Source: Candidatus Cloacimonadota bacterium (GTDB lineage: Bacteria > Cloacimonadota > Cloacimonadia > JGIOTU-2). From it: a DNA stretch of 61,991 bases. The translations under genes and the position numbers were made by a program. Below the pieces are notes generated by a model. That model worked only from the letters and a program-made list of their open reading frames with translations, did no database searches and was not told the origin of the DNA. How positions within the stretch are numbered: the stretch's first letter is position 1; each line of letters starts with the position of its first letter. Shown here piece by piece: positions 19,988-30,667 of this stretch. Location of the stretch: assembly GCA_034722995.1 (NCBI GenBank), contig JAYEOL010000032.1, positions 1 to 61,991 on the forward strand, read 5' to 3'.

Positions 19988-21442
19988 TCATTTAACCTCA
20001 TTTACAGCCCAATCAAGTGCTTCTTGAAGCATCTCTTCAGGTGGCGGTTTAATAAAGCCTTTGCCCGTCAACATATCCGTCATCCCTCTGGCATACTTTA
20101 TATCTGTTTCTGCTTTTGCATAAGCTTGTTCCCTTGTAATTTCAATTCTGGCAACACCATCTTTAATAGCTTGCATTGCAACATCCGCAGCTTCATGAGG
20201 GAATACTCCAGGCTCATCCATCTTTGGTATGATATTATCAGGATTTATTCCTCTTTTTTCAGCATAATTTGCAAGAGAATGGGCAGCTGCAATAGCCATT
20301 TTATCTGTCACTTTTCTTGCCCTAACCATCAAAGCACCTTTAAGAATGCCAGGAAATCCGAGGGAATTATTAACCTGATTAGAGAAATCACCTCGTCCGG
20401 TTGCAACAATATATGCTCCCGCATCTTTTGCAGCATAAGGATAAATTTCTGGAACAGGATTTGCACAGGCAAAGACAATAGGTTTTTCTTCCATAGATTT
20501 AATCCATTCTTGCTTAATTATATCAGGTCCTGGAGTTGAAACAGCAATTAAAACATCTGCATTTTTTATCGCATCGGGGAAATCACTTACACATTTAGGA
20601 TTTGTTATCTGGCAAAGATCCCATTTGCGATAGAATCTCGGGTCTGCCTTTAAATCTTCCCGATTTTTGTGTAACCCACCTTTTGAATCAAACATAATGA
20701 TATTTTCAGGATTTGCTCCTGCTGATATCTCTATTCTGGCTATAGTTGTATTTGCAGCACCGGCTCCAAAGTGAACAATCCTTACATCAGATAATTTTTT
20801 GCTTACAAGTTTAAGTGCATTTACCAAACCTGCAAGTGTAACGCACGCGGTTCCCTGCGCATCATCATGCCAGACAGGAATAGTACACTCTTCTCGCAAA
20901 GTATCAAGAACTTTGTAGCAATTAGGTTGAGAAATATCCTCAAGATTAATGGCACCAAAGCTAGGTTGAACCATTTTCACAAATTCAATTATCTTGTCTG
21001 GGTCATGTTCACCTTTTTCATTATAGCTATCCACACACAGAGCAACAGCATCAACGCCACCTAGATATTTCATTAAGAATGCTTTCCCTTCCATCACTCC
21101 CATTCCGCCTGGAGGTGTGCAATCTCCATCGCCAAGCACACGGGTAGAATCGCTTACAACTGCAACTAAATTTCCTCTGTTGGTAAGCTCAAAAGAGGTG
21201 TCATTATCATCTCGTATTGTTGTTGATATTTTTGAAACCCCGGGTGTATACCAGACATTGAACCAGTTGAATCCAAAGACTGATGCTTTGGGTGCAGTCT
21301 GAATCTTTCCGCCATAGTAACTATGAGACTTCTCAGCCAATCTTTTCAGAAAAAGCGTTTTTGCTTTAGCCATTTGCTCCTGCGTGAAATCAGGTGGGAA
21401 CACCTCATCCAGATTTTTTAGGCTTAACTTTAGTTTTGCCAT
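19988..21442 (-). CDS. NAD(P)-dependent malic enzyme
   Basis: 484 aa with WYTPGVS, VVSDSTRVLGDGD, GMGVMEGKAFLMK and HFGAGAA Rossmann segments. Confidence 0.85.
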   Translation of the reverse strand: MAKLKLSLKNLDEVFPPDFTQEQMAKAKTLFLKRLAEKSHSYYGGKIQTAPKASVFGFNWFNVWYTPGVSKISTTIRDDNDTSFELTNRGNLVAVVSDSTRVLGDGDCTPPGGMGVMEGKAFLMKYLGGVDAVALCVDSYNEKGEHDPDKIIEFVKMVQPSFGAINLEDISQPNCYKVLDTLREECTIPVWHDDAQGTACVTLAGLVNALKLVSKKLSDVRIVHFGAGAANTTIARIEISAGANPENIIMFDSKGGLHKNREDLKADPRFYRKWDLCQITNPKCVSDFPDAIKNADVLIAVSTPGPDIIKQEWIKSMEEKPIVFACANPVPEIYPYAAKDAGAYIVATGRGDFSNQVNNSLGFPGILKGALMVRARKVTDKMAIAAAHSLANYAEKRGINPDNIIPKMDEPGVFPHEAADVAMQAIKDGVARIEITREQAYAKAETDIKYARGMTDMLTGKGFIKPPPEEMLQEALDWAVNEVK

Positions 21443-21483
21443 TTTTATTCCTCCAATTTTGTTATATCCTATCGTATTTCATT

Positions 21484-21930
21484 TTATTTATGTTTTAGTT
21501 CTTTAATTCTCTCTAAATATTTTAAATCTTCAATATCTTTTGCTCTTCCTGCAGATTTTTTCATTTTAATCAAATTATCCAATGATGCAAAATATACCTC
21601 AACATTTCCAATTTTATCCTTTACTTTAGTTTTCCAAACATCTTCAAATTCTACACCTGCTACAAATGGATGAATATCTGTTTCCAAAATATATTGTCTT
21701 ATTAAAATTTTCTTTTCCAAAAAGTCCTTAACACTTACATCAGATATATCGTATCCAAACTCTTCAAGACTTTTCATAACTCTTTCCACATTCTCCCTTG
21801 TAGGTCTGATGAAAATATCCAAATCAAGAGTTGCTCTTGAATAGCCATAAACAGGGAAAGCAGTAGCTCCGATAATGACAAAATCAGCTTTATTTTCTTT
21901 TAATAATTTCAAAAGCTTTTCGGTATCCAT
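21484..21930 (-). CDS. nucleotidyltransferase-family protein (toxin-like partner of a two-gene module)
   Basis: FVIIGATAFPVYGYSRATLDLDIFI and the C-terminal LIKMKKSAGRAKDIEDLKYL. The probable start is MDTEK at 21930. The ORF-track start at 21969 overlaps the upstream gene. Confidence 0.6.
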   Translation of the reverse strand: MDTEKLLKLLKENKADFVIIGATAFPVYGYSRATLDLDIFIRPTRENVERVMKSLEEFGYDISDVSVKDFLEKKILIRQYILETDIHPFVAGVEFEDVWKTKVKDKIGNVEVYFASLDNLIKMKKSAGRAKDIEDLKYLERIKELKHK

Positions 21931-22102
21931 TTCTAACCAATATATTTTTGGTAATTCTGGATTTTTCAAACATCATTTGGAATCTTTCTTCAACAGTAAG
22001 AGAAAGTAAATAATCCAGTTCAAATTCCATTTCTTTTTGTTCATCATTAATGCTTGATTTATAAATATTATTCATTTTTTCTTCGTATCTTAATTTTATC
22101 AA
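21890..22102 (-). CDS. small protein upstream of the nucleotidyltransferase (antitoxin-like)
   Basis: 70 aa with an LSLTVEERFQMM helix. Overlaps the downstream NTase gene, so it looks like an operonic pair. Confidence 0.45.
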   Translation of the reverse strand: MIKLRYEEKMNNIYKSSINDEQKEMEFELDYLLSLTVEERFQMMFEKSRITKNILVRNGYRKAFEIIKRK

Positions 22103-22119
22103 GTTTTTCTAATTTTTTG

Positions 22120-24582
22120 TTATCTCAATAGCAACATTTTTTTTAATTGAGATTTAACTTCTCCAATGGACGCTTGATAAAAATAGATTCCACTTAAAAC
22201 TTGTTTACCAGTCTCATCTTTCCCATCCCAGATAGCTTCGCCAATTTTTAATTTTTTTACAAGTTGCCCTTTAATATTATAAATTCTTATCTGTGCCGAT
22301 CTGTGTAAATCTGTGGCTAAAAAAGATATAGCGGTGGAACTGCTGAATGGATTAGGATAATTCTGCATAATAAACTCATTAGAAATACTTGATGGATGTG
22401 AATCTACGGATGTGGTTGAAAATAATGTCATTTCAATAAGCCAATTTCTATCCAATTCAGGATTTACTGACAAGCACATCCAACCAGATGGACATATCCA
22501 AGCTCCTTTATCAGGTTCCATAGGTCCTTCATCCATCCACCCAACTTTGCCATTTAAAGTATAAATCTCATACCCTACCCAATATTCAGTTTGCGGTTTA
22601 ATCTCAATTGGAATATCAAGAAAATGCTCTACCCATGTATTAGCAGGAAAAACTCCCATAGGTGCTTCATATACTAATTCCCCTGGTGGGTTATCAGGTG
22701 ACCCTCCTTCATAAATTTTAATAGTAATTACGCAAAAATCAGATGCTGTTGGAGAATAAAATGAAACCTTGCCAATTATATCTCCAACATTATCTCCGAG
22801 TTCCTCGTCGGTAAATCTAACAGCAATTTGCAAAGTATATTCATACGGCAGCTCAAGTAAAATAGATGGGTCTCCACAATACTTCAATACTGATTGGTAG
22901 TTGTAATTTGCCAAATCAAAATCAATTATCATATTGGTACTATCAATATCAACCTCTTTTGTTTGATAATAAATCCTATTAAGGTTTGCCGTAGCGGTAT
23001 AATGTCCTGGCATAACATCTAAGATTTCATATTCTCCATTAGAACTATCAACTACTGTAGAGTAATTGTAATCGCCAACAAAATTTATGATTGTGCCAGT
23101 TGGGTCAGCGCCACCTTCTACAGAAACCACACCTGTAACACTTTCATAATTAAACAAATTAAAGTCAACTACTGTATGGATTGAATCAATATAAACTTCT
23201 TTTGTTTGATAATATAGTCTTCCCAAAAGTGCACTTGCAGTGTAATATCCTGGAAATACTATAGGTATTTGATAAAAACCATTTGAATCTTCAACAGTAG
23301 TTGAATAACTATAATCGCCTTGAAAAGTAATGTGTGTGCCAATTGGATTTACTCCATCTGAATAGATTGTTCCTGATACGGTTACAGGTCTATCTCCACC
23401 TTCAACATCAAGGACAGCGCCACCAACAATACAATATCCTACTGGCATACCTTGGGGTAAAGAGTACCAGGCATTGATTGTATTTGGTCCTCCAGGATTA
23501 CTTGAACCCCATCCGAAATTTAGATGGTAATAATCATCTGTATTGTATCCATCACAATTTATAGCATGTCCGCCAGCACCCCCTGATTGGTATATCGCTA
23601 ATTCTGCTGGTTTTGCGGTCATCATATTAGTACTTAACGAATCATAGAAAAATGGCTCCCATGAATCCTTCCACATTGCAGAATCGTAACCAAATTTATC
23701 AAGTAATGCATCATCTACATTACTGGTGTTTGCTCCGGAACCAGAAGAACTATACCACATATGAACTGATATTCCACAACCAAAACATAAAGCTGCTGTA
23801 TCTTCATCTGTTAGAGGAATATTATGCTGATAATGTATTTTTAATGTATCAAGATATATATTTAAGGCATTAAAACTTGGAAAGTCATAAAGAGTACTAT
23901 CAGAATCTATATGTATCCCATTAGTCCAATAATTGTCTGCGGAGTAATTAAAGCTCACATCGCCAACATATTTATGATAATTTATTAGCATAGACATAGC
24001 AGTTGCGACACAGCCCACGACGCATCTGCTACCAGTATTTGGATCAATTGGACAGAACATATTGTATGGATAGCTTTGGTTCCATGTAGTTTCAATCCAA
24101 CCGCTTGTGGAAGTACTTCCTGGCTCAGGCCACTGTTGGAAGTCTTTGGTCTTTAGCTCTTCAATATTTTCAGAAATATAATTATTCCAAAGCATATTAT
24201 TGGTGGCTATCTTCTCAGAAGTGAATTGGGACTTTGCTTTTAATCTGAATTCCATATCTTTTTTTATCATATAATAAAGAAGATTTTCATCGTCTTTGAC
24301 TAAATCTGTCCTGAATGAATATGCAATAATTGGAGTAATATCGGTGTCTGAAGAAAGAGCAATAAACCCTTTAGGCTGGAGGTCTGCGATAAAACACAGT
24401 TTTGTCTGATTATTTTCGTCTTCAATAACAGAAATTTCTGCGATTGAATATTCAACCGATTTATTTTTATAAGCAAGCTGCGTTTTTACAGCCTGTTCAA
24501 CATCATCATCTGTGACTGGATTTGCTGATAAACAAATCGGCAAGAGTATTAAAAACAGAAATATGTAATATATCTTTTTCAT
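22120..24582 (-). CDS. C10-family (streptopain-like) cysteine peptidase with Ig-like repeats and T9SS C-terminal domain
   Basis: WNQSYPYNMFCP...VVGCVATAMSMLINYH (catalytic Cys) and GGHAINCDGYN (His). Two repeated PGYYTA/PGHYTA carboxypeptidase-regulatory-like domains. NYPNPF...IYNIKGQLVKKL...WDGKD...SGIYFY tail. Confidence 0.8.
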   Translation of the reverse strand: MKKIYYIFLFLILLPICLSANPVTDDDVEQAVKTQLAYKNKSVEYSIAEISVIEDENNQTKLCFIADLQPKGFIALSSDTDITPIIAYSFRTDLVKDDENLLYYMIKKDMEFRLKAKSQFTSEKIATNNMLWNNYISENIEELKTKDFQQWPEPGSTSTSGWIETTWNQSYPYNMFCPIDPNTGSRCVVGCVATAMSMLINYHKYVGDVSFNYSADNYWTNGIHIDSDSTLYDFPSFNALNIYLDTLKIHYQHNIPLTDEDTAALCFGCGISVHMWYSSSGSGANTSNVDDALLDKFGYDSAMWKDSWEPFFYDSLSTNMMTAKPAELAIYQSGGAGGHAINCDGYNTDDYYHLNFGWGSSNPGGPNTINAWYSLPQGMPVGYCIVGGAVLDVEGGDRPVTVSGTIYSDGVNPIGTHITFQGDYSYSTTVEDSNGFYQIPIVFPGYYTASALLGRLYYQTKEVYIDSIHTVVDFNLFNYESVTGVVSVEGGADPTGTIINFVGDYNYSTVVDSSNGEYEILDVMPGHYTATANLNRIYYQTKEVDIDSTNMIIDFDLANYNYQSVLKYCGDPSILLELPYEYTLQIAVRFTDEELGDNVGDIIGKVSFYSPTASDFCVITIKIYEGGSPDNPPGELVYEAPMGVFPANTWVEHFLDIPIEIKPQTEYWVGYEIYTLNGKVGWMDEGPMEPDKGAWICPSGWMCLSVNPELDRNWLIEMTLFSTTSVDSHPSSISNEFIMQNYPNPFSSSTAISFLATDLHRSAQIRIYNIKGQLVKKLKIGEAIWDGKDETGKQVLSGIYFYQASIGEVKSQLKKMLLLR

Positions 24583-24644
24583 TTTCCCTTCTTTCAACCT
24601 TGTTCAACCTTGCGAAGGTTCTGAACCTTCGCAAGGCTAATCTT

Positions 24645-25781
24645 TTATTTTACCTTTATTCTCCCTCTTCTTCTTTTATCATTTTCAGAATCTGTTTTCG
24701 GTTTTTCTTTTAACGATATAGTATCACCAACTGCAATTCCTTCAATTATTTCTACTTTTTCAAGGTCATTAATACCGGTTTTTACAATTTGCGGAGTAAT
24801 CAATGTATCTGATTTTACTTTATATACGATATTGTTTCCATTCTCATCCTGGAAGATTGCCTGAATCGGAACTGTAACAACATCTTTACTTGTTCTGCCA
24901 ATTATTGTAACATTCGCACTCATACCAGGCCTGAGATTTGGAGTTAAATTTTCTATAGAAATTTTAATCTCAAACACACGGATATTATTATTTCCAATCT
25001 TAGCCATTGGCGCAATATGAGTTATCTTTCCTTTGTAATCAGCATCAGAGAAAGCCTCTATTGAAATATCAACGGGTTGGCTTATAGATATTTTACCAAT
25101 ATCAATCTCGTTAATTTCAGCAAGAATAATCATTTTTGATAAATCAGCAATGGTCAATATCACTGTTCCACCAGAATAAGATTCACTGGAAACCACCATC
25201 TCGCCTTCTTCTACATTTTTGCTGATAATGGTTCCTGAAACCGGGGCAGTAATTTTTAGATTTTCTTCTGTAATGCCAATCTCTTGTATTAATTGATATT
25301 GCTCTAATGCGGATTGATAGTTTATCTTTGCTCTCTTTAGAGCATTCTGAGATTCAAGCCATTCATTGTCTGATATAAAATTCTTTTCATACAATTTTTT
25401 ATCAGAGTTAAAATTTTTCTGCGCAGTTTCCAATTCAATCTGTGCTATCTGAAGATTACTTTTAATTCTGGATAAAGTTTGTGCTTGCTGCATATCAGGT
25501 TCAACCTCTGCAATGATAGCACCTTCATGAATTAGCTCGCCTTCTTCAACATACAATTTTTTAATCTTTCCACTAATTTTTGATTTAACATTTACCTCTT
25601 TTATTGGCATTATTTCACCAACTTCATCAAGAATTATAGAAATATCACCAAGTTTGGCAATCACTGTATTATTACCATCAAACTTGTTTTTTGATATTTC
25701 TTTCTTCTTCCCACTTGAAAGCACTAAAATCAAAATAACAACTACAACTATAATAACTACAACCCAAACAAATTTCTTCAT
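24645..25781 (-). CDS. efflux transporter periplasmic adaptor subunit (HlyD/MacA-like)
   Basis: N-terminal TM, a lipoyl-like hairpin (GKIKKLYVEEGELIHEGAIIAEVE), a coiled coil and beta-barrel segments. Confidence 0.8.
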   Translation of the reverse strand: MKKFVWVVVIIVVVVILILVLSSGKKKEISKNKFDGNNTVIAKLGDISIILDEVGEIMPIKEVNVKSKISGKIKKLYVEEGELIHEGAIIAEVEPDMQQAQTLSRIKSNLQIAQIELETAQKNFNSDKKLYEKNFISDNEWLESQNALKRAKINYQSALEQYQLIQEIGITEENLKITAPVSGTIISKNVEEGEMVVSSESYSGGTVILTIADLSKMIILAEINEIDIGKISISQPVDISIEAFSDADYKGKITHIAPMAKIGNNNIRVFEIKISIENLTPNLRPGMSANVTIIGRTSKDVVTVPIQAIFQDENGNNIVYKVKSDTLITPQIVKTGINDLEKVEIIEGIAVGDTISLKEKPKTDSENDKRRRGRIKVK

Positions 25782-25905
25782 AGTTCTCCTACACTGTTTC
25801 TATCATTGAAATTAACCATTGCGTCCTAATGTGTCGGAATCGCAAGGTTTTGAGTTTACCCCGTGAGATAATAAACATCTAACCGGGTTTACGAACAGAC
25901 ATTAA

Positions 25906-27147
25906 TTAATATTCTTTTAACATTTTATTATTACATATTAGATTTAGCTGTTCTTGAAAAAGGATTAAATTATAATAACTTTGAATTTTTTCATTTTTGA
26001 TTTGAAACAACTCTTTTCTGGCATTTTCCAGTTCGGTTAAATCCGATTGTCCCAATCTGTATCTTTCATTTACTATCTCAAAATGAATTTTCTCCAGTTC
26101 CTCCTGCTTTTTTGACAACGAAAAATATTCTTTTGACTGCTTAAAATTCATTAGTGCAAAATTAAAATCCTTCTTATTTTCCTTTATTGTATTATTCAAC
26201 TGAAGTACAGCTTTATTTAACTGATACTTATGTTTTTTATGAGTTGGAAGATTTGTAATTGGACTTAGTAAAGGATATGATAGAGACAAAGAATATTTAA
26301 TCGGATTAGATGACCTCTCAAAATCAAAAATACTTTTTTCTTCCCAGCCTAAGTCTTTATTAACTGAGAAAGAAAGGGTAGGCAAAAAAGACAACTTATT
26401 TTGATTATAATCTCTCCTGGCTTGCTTGGAATTCTCCTTCTCATAGGCTATGCTAAGTATTTTACCTTCAGAAAACATAAAATCCTCCGGGGTGAAAAAT
26501 TCATAATCAAATTCAGTAAAATCATAAATATTGTTATATTCAATATTTATAGCAAAGCATAGCTCCATTTTACTATTTATAAGATTATTCCAGGCTTTAA
26601 GCGAATCAATGAGTGTGCGTGATAGACTTATTTCTACTTGTTGCAATTCCAATTCGGAAACTTTACCGTGGTCCAAAAGAATTTTGGTTTCTTCAAGATT
26701 TCTTTTAGCAATTTTTACTTCCTGCGCGGCTAATTCAAGCAATTTTTTATTCTGTAGAACATCAATATAATACTGAATAATATTATAAATAAAATTTCTT
26801 CTGGTGAGTTGTAATTCAATTTCTCTTTGCTTTAAAGCCGATGTGCCTTTTTTAATATCAAAATATCTCCAATCATTTAGCGAAATAGATTCAGAGAGTG
26901 AAATATTACCAGATTTAATTGAACTATTTTTTGATTCTATACTTGAAATTGAATATTTTACAGAAGGAAGAATTGTTAAATAAGAGGAATATAGATTCTG
27001 CTTAGAAGTCTGAAGATTATAGTTTTGACAACTTATATCATATGAATTTTTCAATCCAATTGAGATAACTTGATGAATATCAAAAGTTTTAGCAGGAATA
27101 GATGTTGGTAACGACAAAATTATTATGGATATTAAGATTTTTTTCAT
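25906..27147 (-). CDS. TolC-family outer membrane efflux protein
   Basis: 413 aa with a signal peptide and two repeated coiled-coil halves typical of outer membrane efflux proteins. Confidence 0.7.
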   Translation of the reverse strand: MKKILISIIILSLPTSIPAKTFDIHQVISIGLKNSYDISCQNYNLQTSKQNLYSSYLTILPSVKYSISSIESKNSSIKSGNISLSESISLNDWRYFDIKKGTSALKQREIELQLTRRNFIYNIIQYYIDVLQNKKLLELAAQEVKIAKRNLEETKILLDHGKVSELELQQVEISLSRTLIDSLKAWNNLINSKMELCFAINIEYNNIYDFTEFDYEFFTPEDFMFSEGKILSIAYEKENSKQARRDYNQNKLSFLPTLSFSVNKDLGWEEKSIFDFERSSNPIKYSLSLSYPLLSPITNLPTHKKHKYQLNKAVLQLNNTIKENKKDFNFALMNFKQSKEYFSLSKKQEELEKIHFEIVNERYRLGQSDLTELENARKELFQIKNEKIQSYYNLILFQEQLNLICNNKMLKEY

Positions 27148-27311
27148 TATACTTTTTTACCTCAACCCATGGCCTCTTTTCGAGTCGTAAGTTTACCCTG
27201 TGGATAATTTATTCTATCATAGGAGCTTGCGACGACTCGAAGCAGTATGAAATAAGATATTTTAACTCTACTCGCTGCTTTGCTTATGAGTCGAAAACCG
27301 ACAGGGTAAGG

Positions 27312-27881
27312 TCAAAACACAAACATCAATATCATATTAAAAACTCCAAATATAAATCCAAAAATTGCACCAATTATTACAAGCGGTTTTGTAAGATAGA
27401 ATTTCGTTTTTAATTCAATAAAGTGGATGTTTTCGTCTGAGAGCAGATCAAAAATTTTCTCTTTAATCTTATATTTCTGAGCCAAACTGGGTATAAAACT
27501 GCAAAGTAATTCTTCAAAGAAGTAATAGGATAATTCTTTTACCAATTTCAATATTGGGTTAGCAAGAAAATTTGGAAGGTGTTTGAACCATTTATTGTGA
27601 GAAAGTCTATCTGTAATCTTTCGGGAGATATTTTCTGCGAACTCTTTCGGCTTGGATTTATGCAACTCATCAGGATTGGATTCTAAATATATTTCAAACT
27701 GTTTTGCGATATAGTCCGTGAGTTTATTTTTTAATTTATAGATGATTCCAATTGGTAGCTGAATACATAGAAAATGCTTTTTCCTTTTTGGATGAAAAAT
27801 TATGATAAGCAGTAAGTAAAATAATCCAATTCCAAAAAGAATATTAAGAAAGAAAATTAAAATGATGAAATACCAGGGCAT
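27312..27881 (-). CDS. hypothetical membrane protein
   Basis: 189 aa with terminal TM helices. ATGA start/stop overlap with the upstream TPM gene. Confidence 0.6.
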   Translation of the reverse strand: MPWYFIILIFFLNILFGIGLFYLLLIIIFHPKRKKHFLCIQLPIGIIYKLKNKLTDYIAKQFEIYLESNPDELHKSKPKEFAENISRKITDRLSHNKWFKHLPNFLANPILKLVKELSYYFFEELLCSFIPSLAQKYKIKEKIFDLLSDENIHFIELKTKFYLTKPLVIIGAIFGFIFGVFNMILMFVF

Positions 27882-28645
27882 CAGAAACTCCTCCCAACAC
27901 CACCCCCTCCACTAAGTCCACCACCAAATCCGCCAAAACCTCCAAATCCACCAAATCCGCCTGAGCCAGTACCCCATCCACCCCTTAAACCACCAAAACC
28001 ACTCAATAAAAGAAACGGAAAAAGACCTATTCTACCACCAAGGAAAAGTGCTATAATCACAAATCCAATTATAAGTCTAATAATATTTATTCCAGAAGCT
28101 CTTGTTCTGCCATAACCTTCAGGAATTCCAGTGAGTTGAACGCCATAATGATCAGCAGTAACTGAAGCGATTACAGCTATTCCATTTACCACTCCAGAAT
28201 TATAATCATTTTTACTTAAATATGGAACAATATCTTTATCTGCTATTTCTCCACACAACCCATCTGGCAGAAAGCCTTCAGCTCCATACCCAGTTTCAAT
28301 CTTCATTTTCCTTTCTTTAACTGCAATAAAAAGCAAGGCACCAGCATCACCTTTGCCTCCAATGCCCCAATTTTCATACAGTTTAGTAGCATAAGTATAA
28401 TAGTCTTCTCCTTGCATATCTTCTACAATTGCTAAGGATAGTTCAAAGCCGGTTTTCTGTTTCAATTCTATAGCTATGTTATTTACTTTTTGTAATGCTT
28501 CAGAGGATAAAACACCTGCAAAATCAAAGCAGGAGAAGTCAGGTGATTTAGGTTTCGGATAAGAAACCTTTGCATTGATGAGAGATGTAACCAATAATAT
28601 CGAAATCAAAAAAATAAATAATGTCTTATTTCTAATTTTCATCAT
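27881..28645 (-). CDS. TPM-domain protein (YgcG-like) with a glycine-rich tail
   Basis: FDFAGVLSSEA...ALLFIAVKERKMKIETGYG core, one TM segment, and a C-terminal GGFGGFGGFGGFGGG. Confidence 0.75.
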   Translation of the reverse strand: MMKIRNKTLFIFLISILLVTSLINAKVSYPKPKSPDFSCFDFAGVLSSEALQKVNNIAIELKQKTGFELSLAIVEDMQGEDYYTYATKLYENWGIGGKGDAGALLFIAVKERKMKIETGYGAEGFLPDGLCGEIADKDIVPYLSKNDYNSGVVNGIAVIASVTADHYGVQLTGIPEGYGRTRASGINIIRLIIGFVIIALFLGGRIGLFPFLLLSGFGGLRGGWGTGSGGFGGFGGFGGFGGGLSGGGGVGRSF

Positions 28646-28706
28646 ATTTATCTTATTTAATAATTTTTGAGTTTATTGACTTTTTGCCTATTTATGACTC
28701 TTTTAG

Positions 28707-29915
28707 TTACACATCCAATAGATGTCCCATTTTATCTTTTTTAGTTCTTAAATAATCTATATTTTTTTTATTTGGTATTGTATTAATAGGTATCCTTTCT
28801 ACAATTTCTATTCCATATCCTCGTAGTCCTATAATCTTTTTAGGATTATTAGTTAGAATTCTTATAGTTGTTAGTCCAAGGTCTTTTAGAATTTGTGCTC
28901 CTAATCCATAATCTCTTAGGTCGTTTTTGAACCCTAATTCTTCATTAGCTTGCACTGTATCTTTACCCGTATCTTGCAAATGATACGCCTTTATTTTATT
29001 AATTAAGCCAATACCTCTGCCTTCTTGATGCATATATACGAGAACACCTAATCCTTCTTCTTCAATAGCCAACATTGAATTTTCTAACTGCTCTCCACAA
29101 TCACAACGGAGTGAATGAAAGGTATCACCTGTCAAGCATTTTGAATGAACTCTAACCAGAATGTTCTTTTTACCAGCTACATCACCCTTGACGAGTGCAA
29201 CATGATGCTCATCTGTAATTGGACTTTCATAGCCAATAATTTTGAAGTGACCAAACTTCGTTGGTAGATCTGCTTCAGCAACGCGGAATATAAGCTTTTC
29301 TTTTTTCTGGCGATATTTTATCAAATCCTGAATTGTAATTATTGACAAATTATGCTTTTCTGCGAATACTTTAAGGTCATCTAACCGAGCCATATCACCA
29401 TCATCCTTAATGATTTCACATATTACACCAACTGGTTTTAAGCCTGCAATTTTTGCTAAATCTACTGCTGCTTCAGTGTGACCTGCTCTTTTCAGGACTC
29501 CGCCAGGTTGGGCTTTAAGTGGGAAAATATGCCCCGGCCTTTGTAAGTACTCTGGTCTGGAATTTGAATTGGCTAAAACTTTGATAGTCTCTGCACGGTC
29601 ATAAGCAGAGATGCCTGTAGTTGTATTCTCTTTAGCATCCACAGAGACAGTAAACTGAGTCCGATGCCTTTCTGTGTTTTCAGCTGTCATCAAAGAGATA
29701 TTTAGTCTCTGCAAATCTTCTTCAATCATAGGAACACAAATCAAACCACGAGCGTGAGTTATCATAAAATTTATACTTTTTGCATTTATTTTTTCTGCTG
29801 CCATTATCAGGTCTCCTTCATTCTCACGATTCTCATCATCAACAACAATAACCATCTTGCCATTCTTTATTTCATTAACAGCATCTTCAATGCTTGCAAA
29901 GGTTTTGTTTTTCAT
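28707..29915 (-). CDS. ribBA: bifunctional 3,4-dihydroxy-2-butanone-4-phosphate synthase / GTP cyclohydrolase II
   Basis: VVDDENRENEGDLIMAAE (RibB) and HSKCLTGDTFHSLRCDCG (RibA). Confidence 0.92.
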   Translation of the reverse strand: MKNKTFASIEDAVNEIKNGKMVIVVDDENRENEGDLIMAAEKINAKSINFMITHARGLICVPMIEEDLQRLNISLMTAENTERHRTQFTVSVDAKENTTTGISAYDRAETIKVLANSNSRPEYLQRPGHIFPLKAQPGGVLKRAGHTEAAVDLAKIAGLKPVGVICEIIKDDGDMARLDDLKVFAEKHNLSIITIQDLIKYRQKKEKLIFRVAEADLPTKFGHFKIIGYESPITDEHHVALVKGDVAGKKNILVRVHSKCLTGDTFHSLRCDCGEQLENSMLAIEEEGLGVLVYMHQEGRGIGLINKIKAYHLQDTGKDTVQANEELGFKNDLRDYGLGAQILKDLGLTTIRILTNNPKKIIGLRGYGIEIVERIPINTIPNKKNIDYLRTKKDKMGHLLDV

Positions 29916-29917
29916 AG

Positions 29918-30646
29918 TTATCTAACCATCACTTTTAGTAAATACTTCGTTAAATAGCCAATACTAATGGCGAAAACAAAGCTATATAAAGTTCCAATTA
30001 AAATATATTCTGCCAATTTTCTCCTTTTCAAACTTTCAAATCTGAAAATAGATTTTGCAGCTAAAACAAACCCGATACCAATTGGATTATCAGTAAGAAT
30101 CATTGTCAAAATAATGAATCTTTCCAACTTGCCAATAATTTTCCCACCGCTTGTAAGTCCACATTCATTATCTGTTTTTATTTGCATCTCGTGGGGCTTT
30201 TTAAGAAAACCTATTAAGATGCCGGCAACCCATATAGTAATGAGGTAAGCTATACCAATTATTGAAAAATTTTCGGGAATTTGTAAATAAGAGATATACA
30301 AAATTCGTTCTTTAAAAATGGAAAGTAAAAATATAATTACAGCAATATGAAGAGTTTGGTCTATTATAAAAAGTAAAATCTCGGTTATATAAAATTGGTT
30401 TTTACTTGAACTTTTTGCAATATGCTTTGTGGTTCTATTTTTAGCAAAACCAATGATAAAATGTGAAATGAAAATAAAAACTGCAAGTGCAGGCATTCTA
30501 ACAAAAATAAATGATACTACACCTACAATAAGACTATGAAGTAATATAGGCGATGCAGAATACTTTTTTGTCTCTGCTAATTGCCTATTCTGCAGAAGAA
30601 AATCAGCTATGAAGTGTGCAAGAAGCAAATTTAAAAAAATAATCAT
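29918..30646 (-). CDS. DUF3307-like polytopic membrane protein
   Basis: 242 aa with 6-7 TM segments and an N-terminal LLAHFIADFLLQ motif. Its stop codon lies 2 nt from the ribBA start. Confidence 0.6.
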   Translation of the reverse strand: MIIFLNLLLAHFIADFLLQNRQLAETKKYSASPILLHSLIVGVVSFIFVRMPALAVFIFISHFIIGFAKNRTTKHIAKSSSKNQFYITEILLFIIDQTLHIAVIIFLLSIFKERILYISYLQIPENFSIIGIAYLITIWVAGILIGFLKKPHEMQIKTDNECGLTSGGKIIGKLERFIILTMILTDNPIGIGFVLAAKSIFRFESLKRRKLAEYILIGTLYSFVFAISIGYLTKYLLKVMVR

Positions 30647-30667
30647 TTTTTAATTAAAGACAAATAA

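Noticed and set aside
19985-20539. A 184-aa plus-strand ORF, together with similar antisense ORFs such as 60821-61351, 18595-19086, 39700-40053 and 48032-48274.
   Set aside because: They lie antisense to strongly supported genes (malic enzyme, the beta-helix protein, korA/korD, the OFOR alpha subunit, frdA). Their translations are low-complexity, with no motifs.
24607-24636. The ccttgcgaagg-ttctgaa-ccttcgcaagg hairpin as an intrinsic terminator of the adaptor gene.
   Set aside because: It is a perfect 11-bp stem, but no U-tract follows it on the transcribed (minus) strand. It is more likely another REP-like palindrome. It is noted here but not annotated as a terminator.
29916-30660. FMN (RFN) riboswitch upstream of ribBA.
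   Set aside because: ribBA starts 2 nt after the DUF3307 gene. The spacer upstream of that gene lacks the conserved RFN core segments as far as I can recognise by eye.
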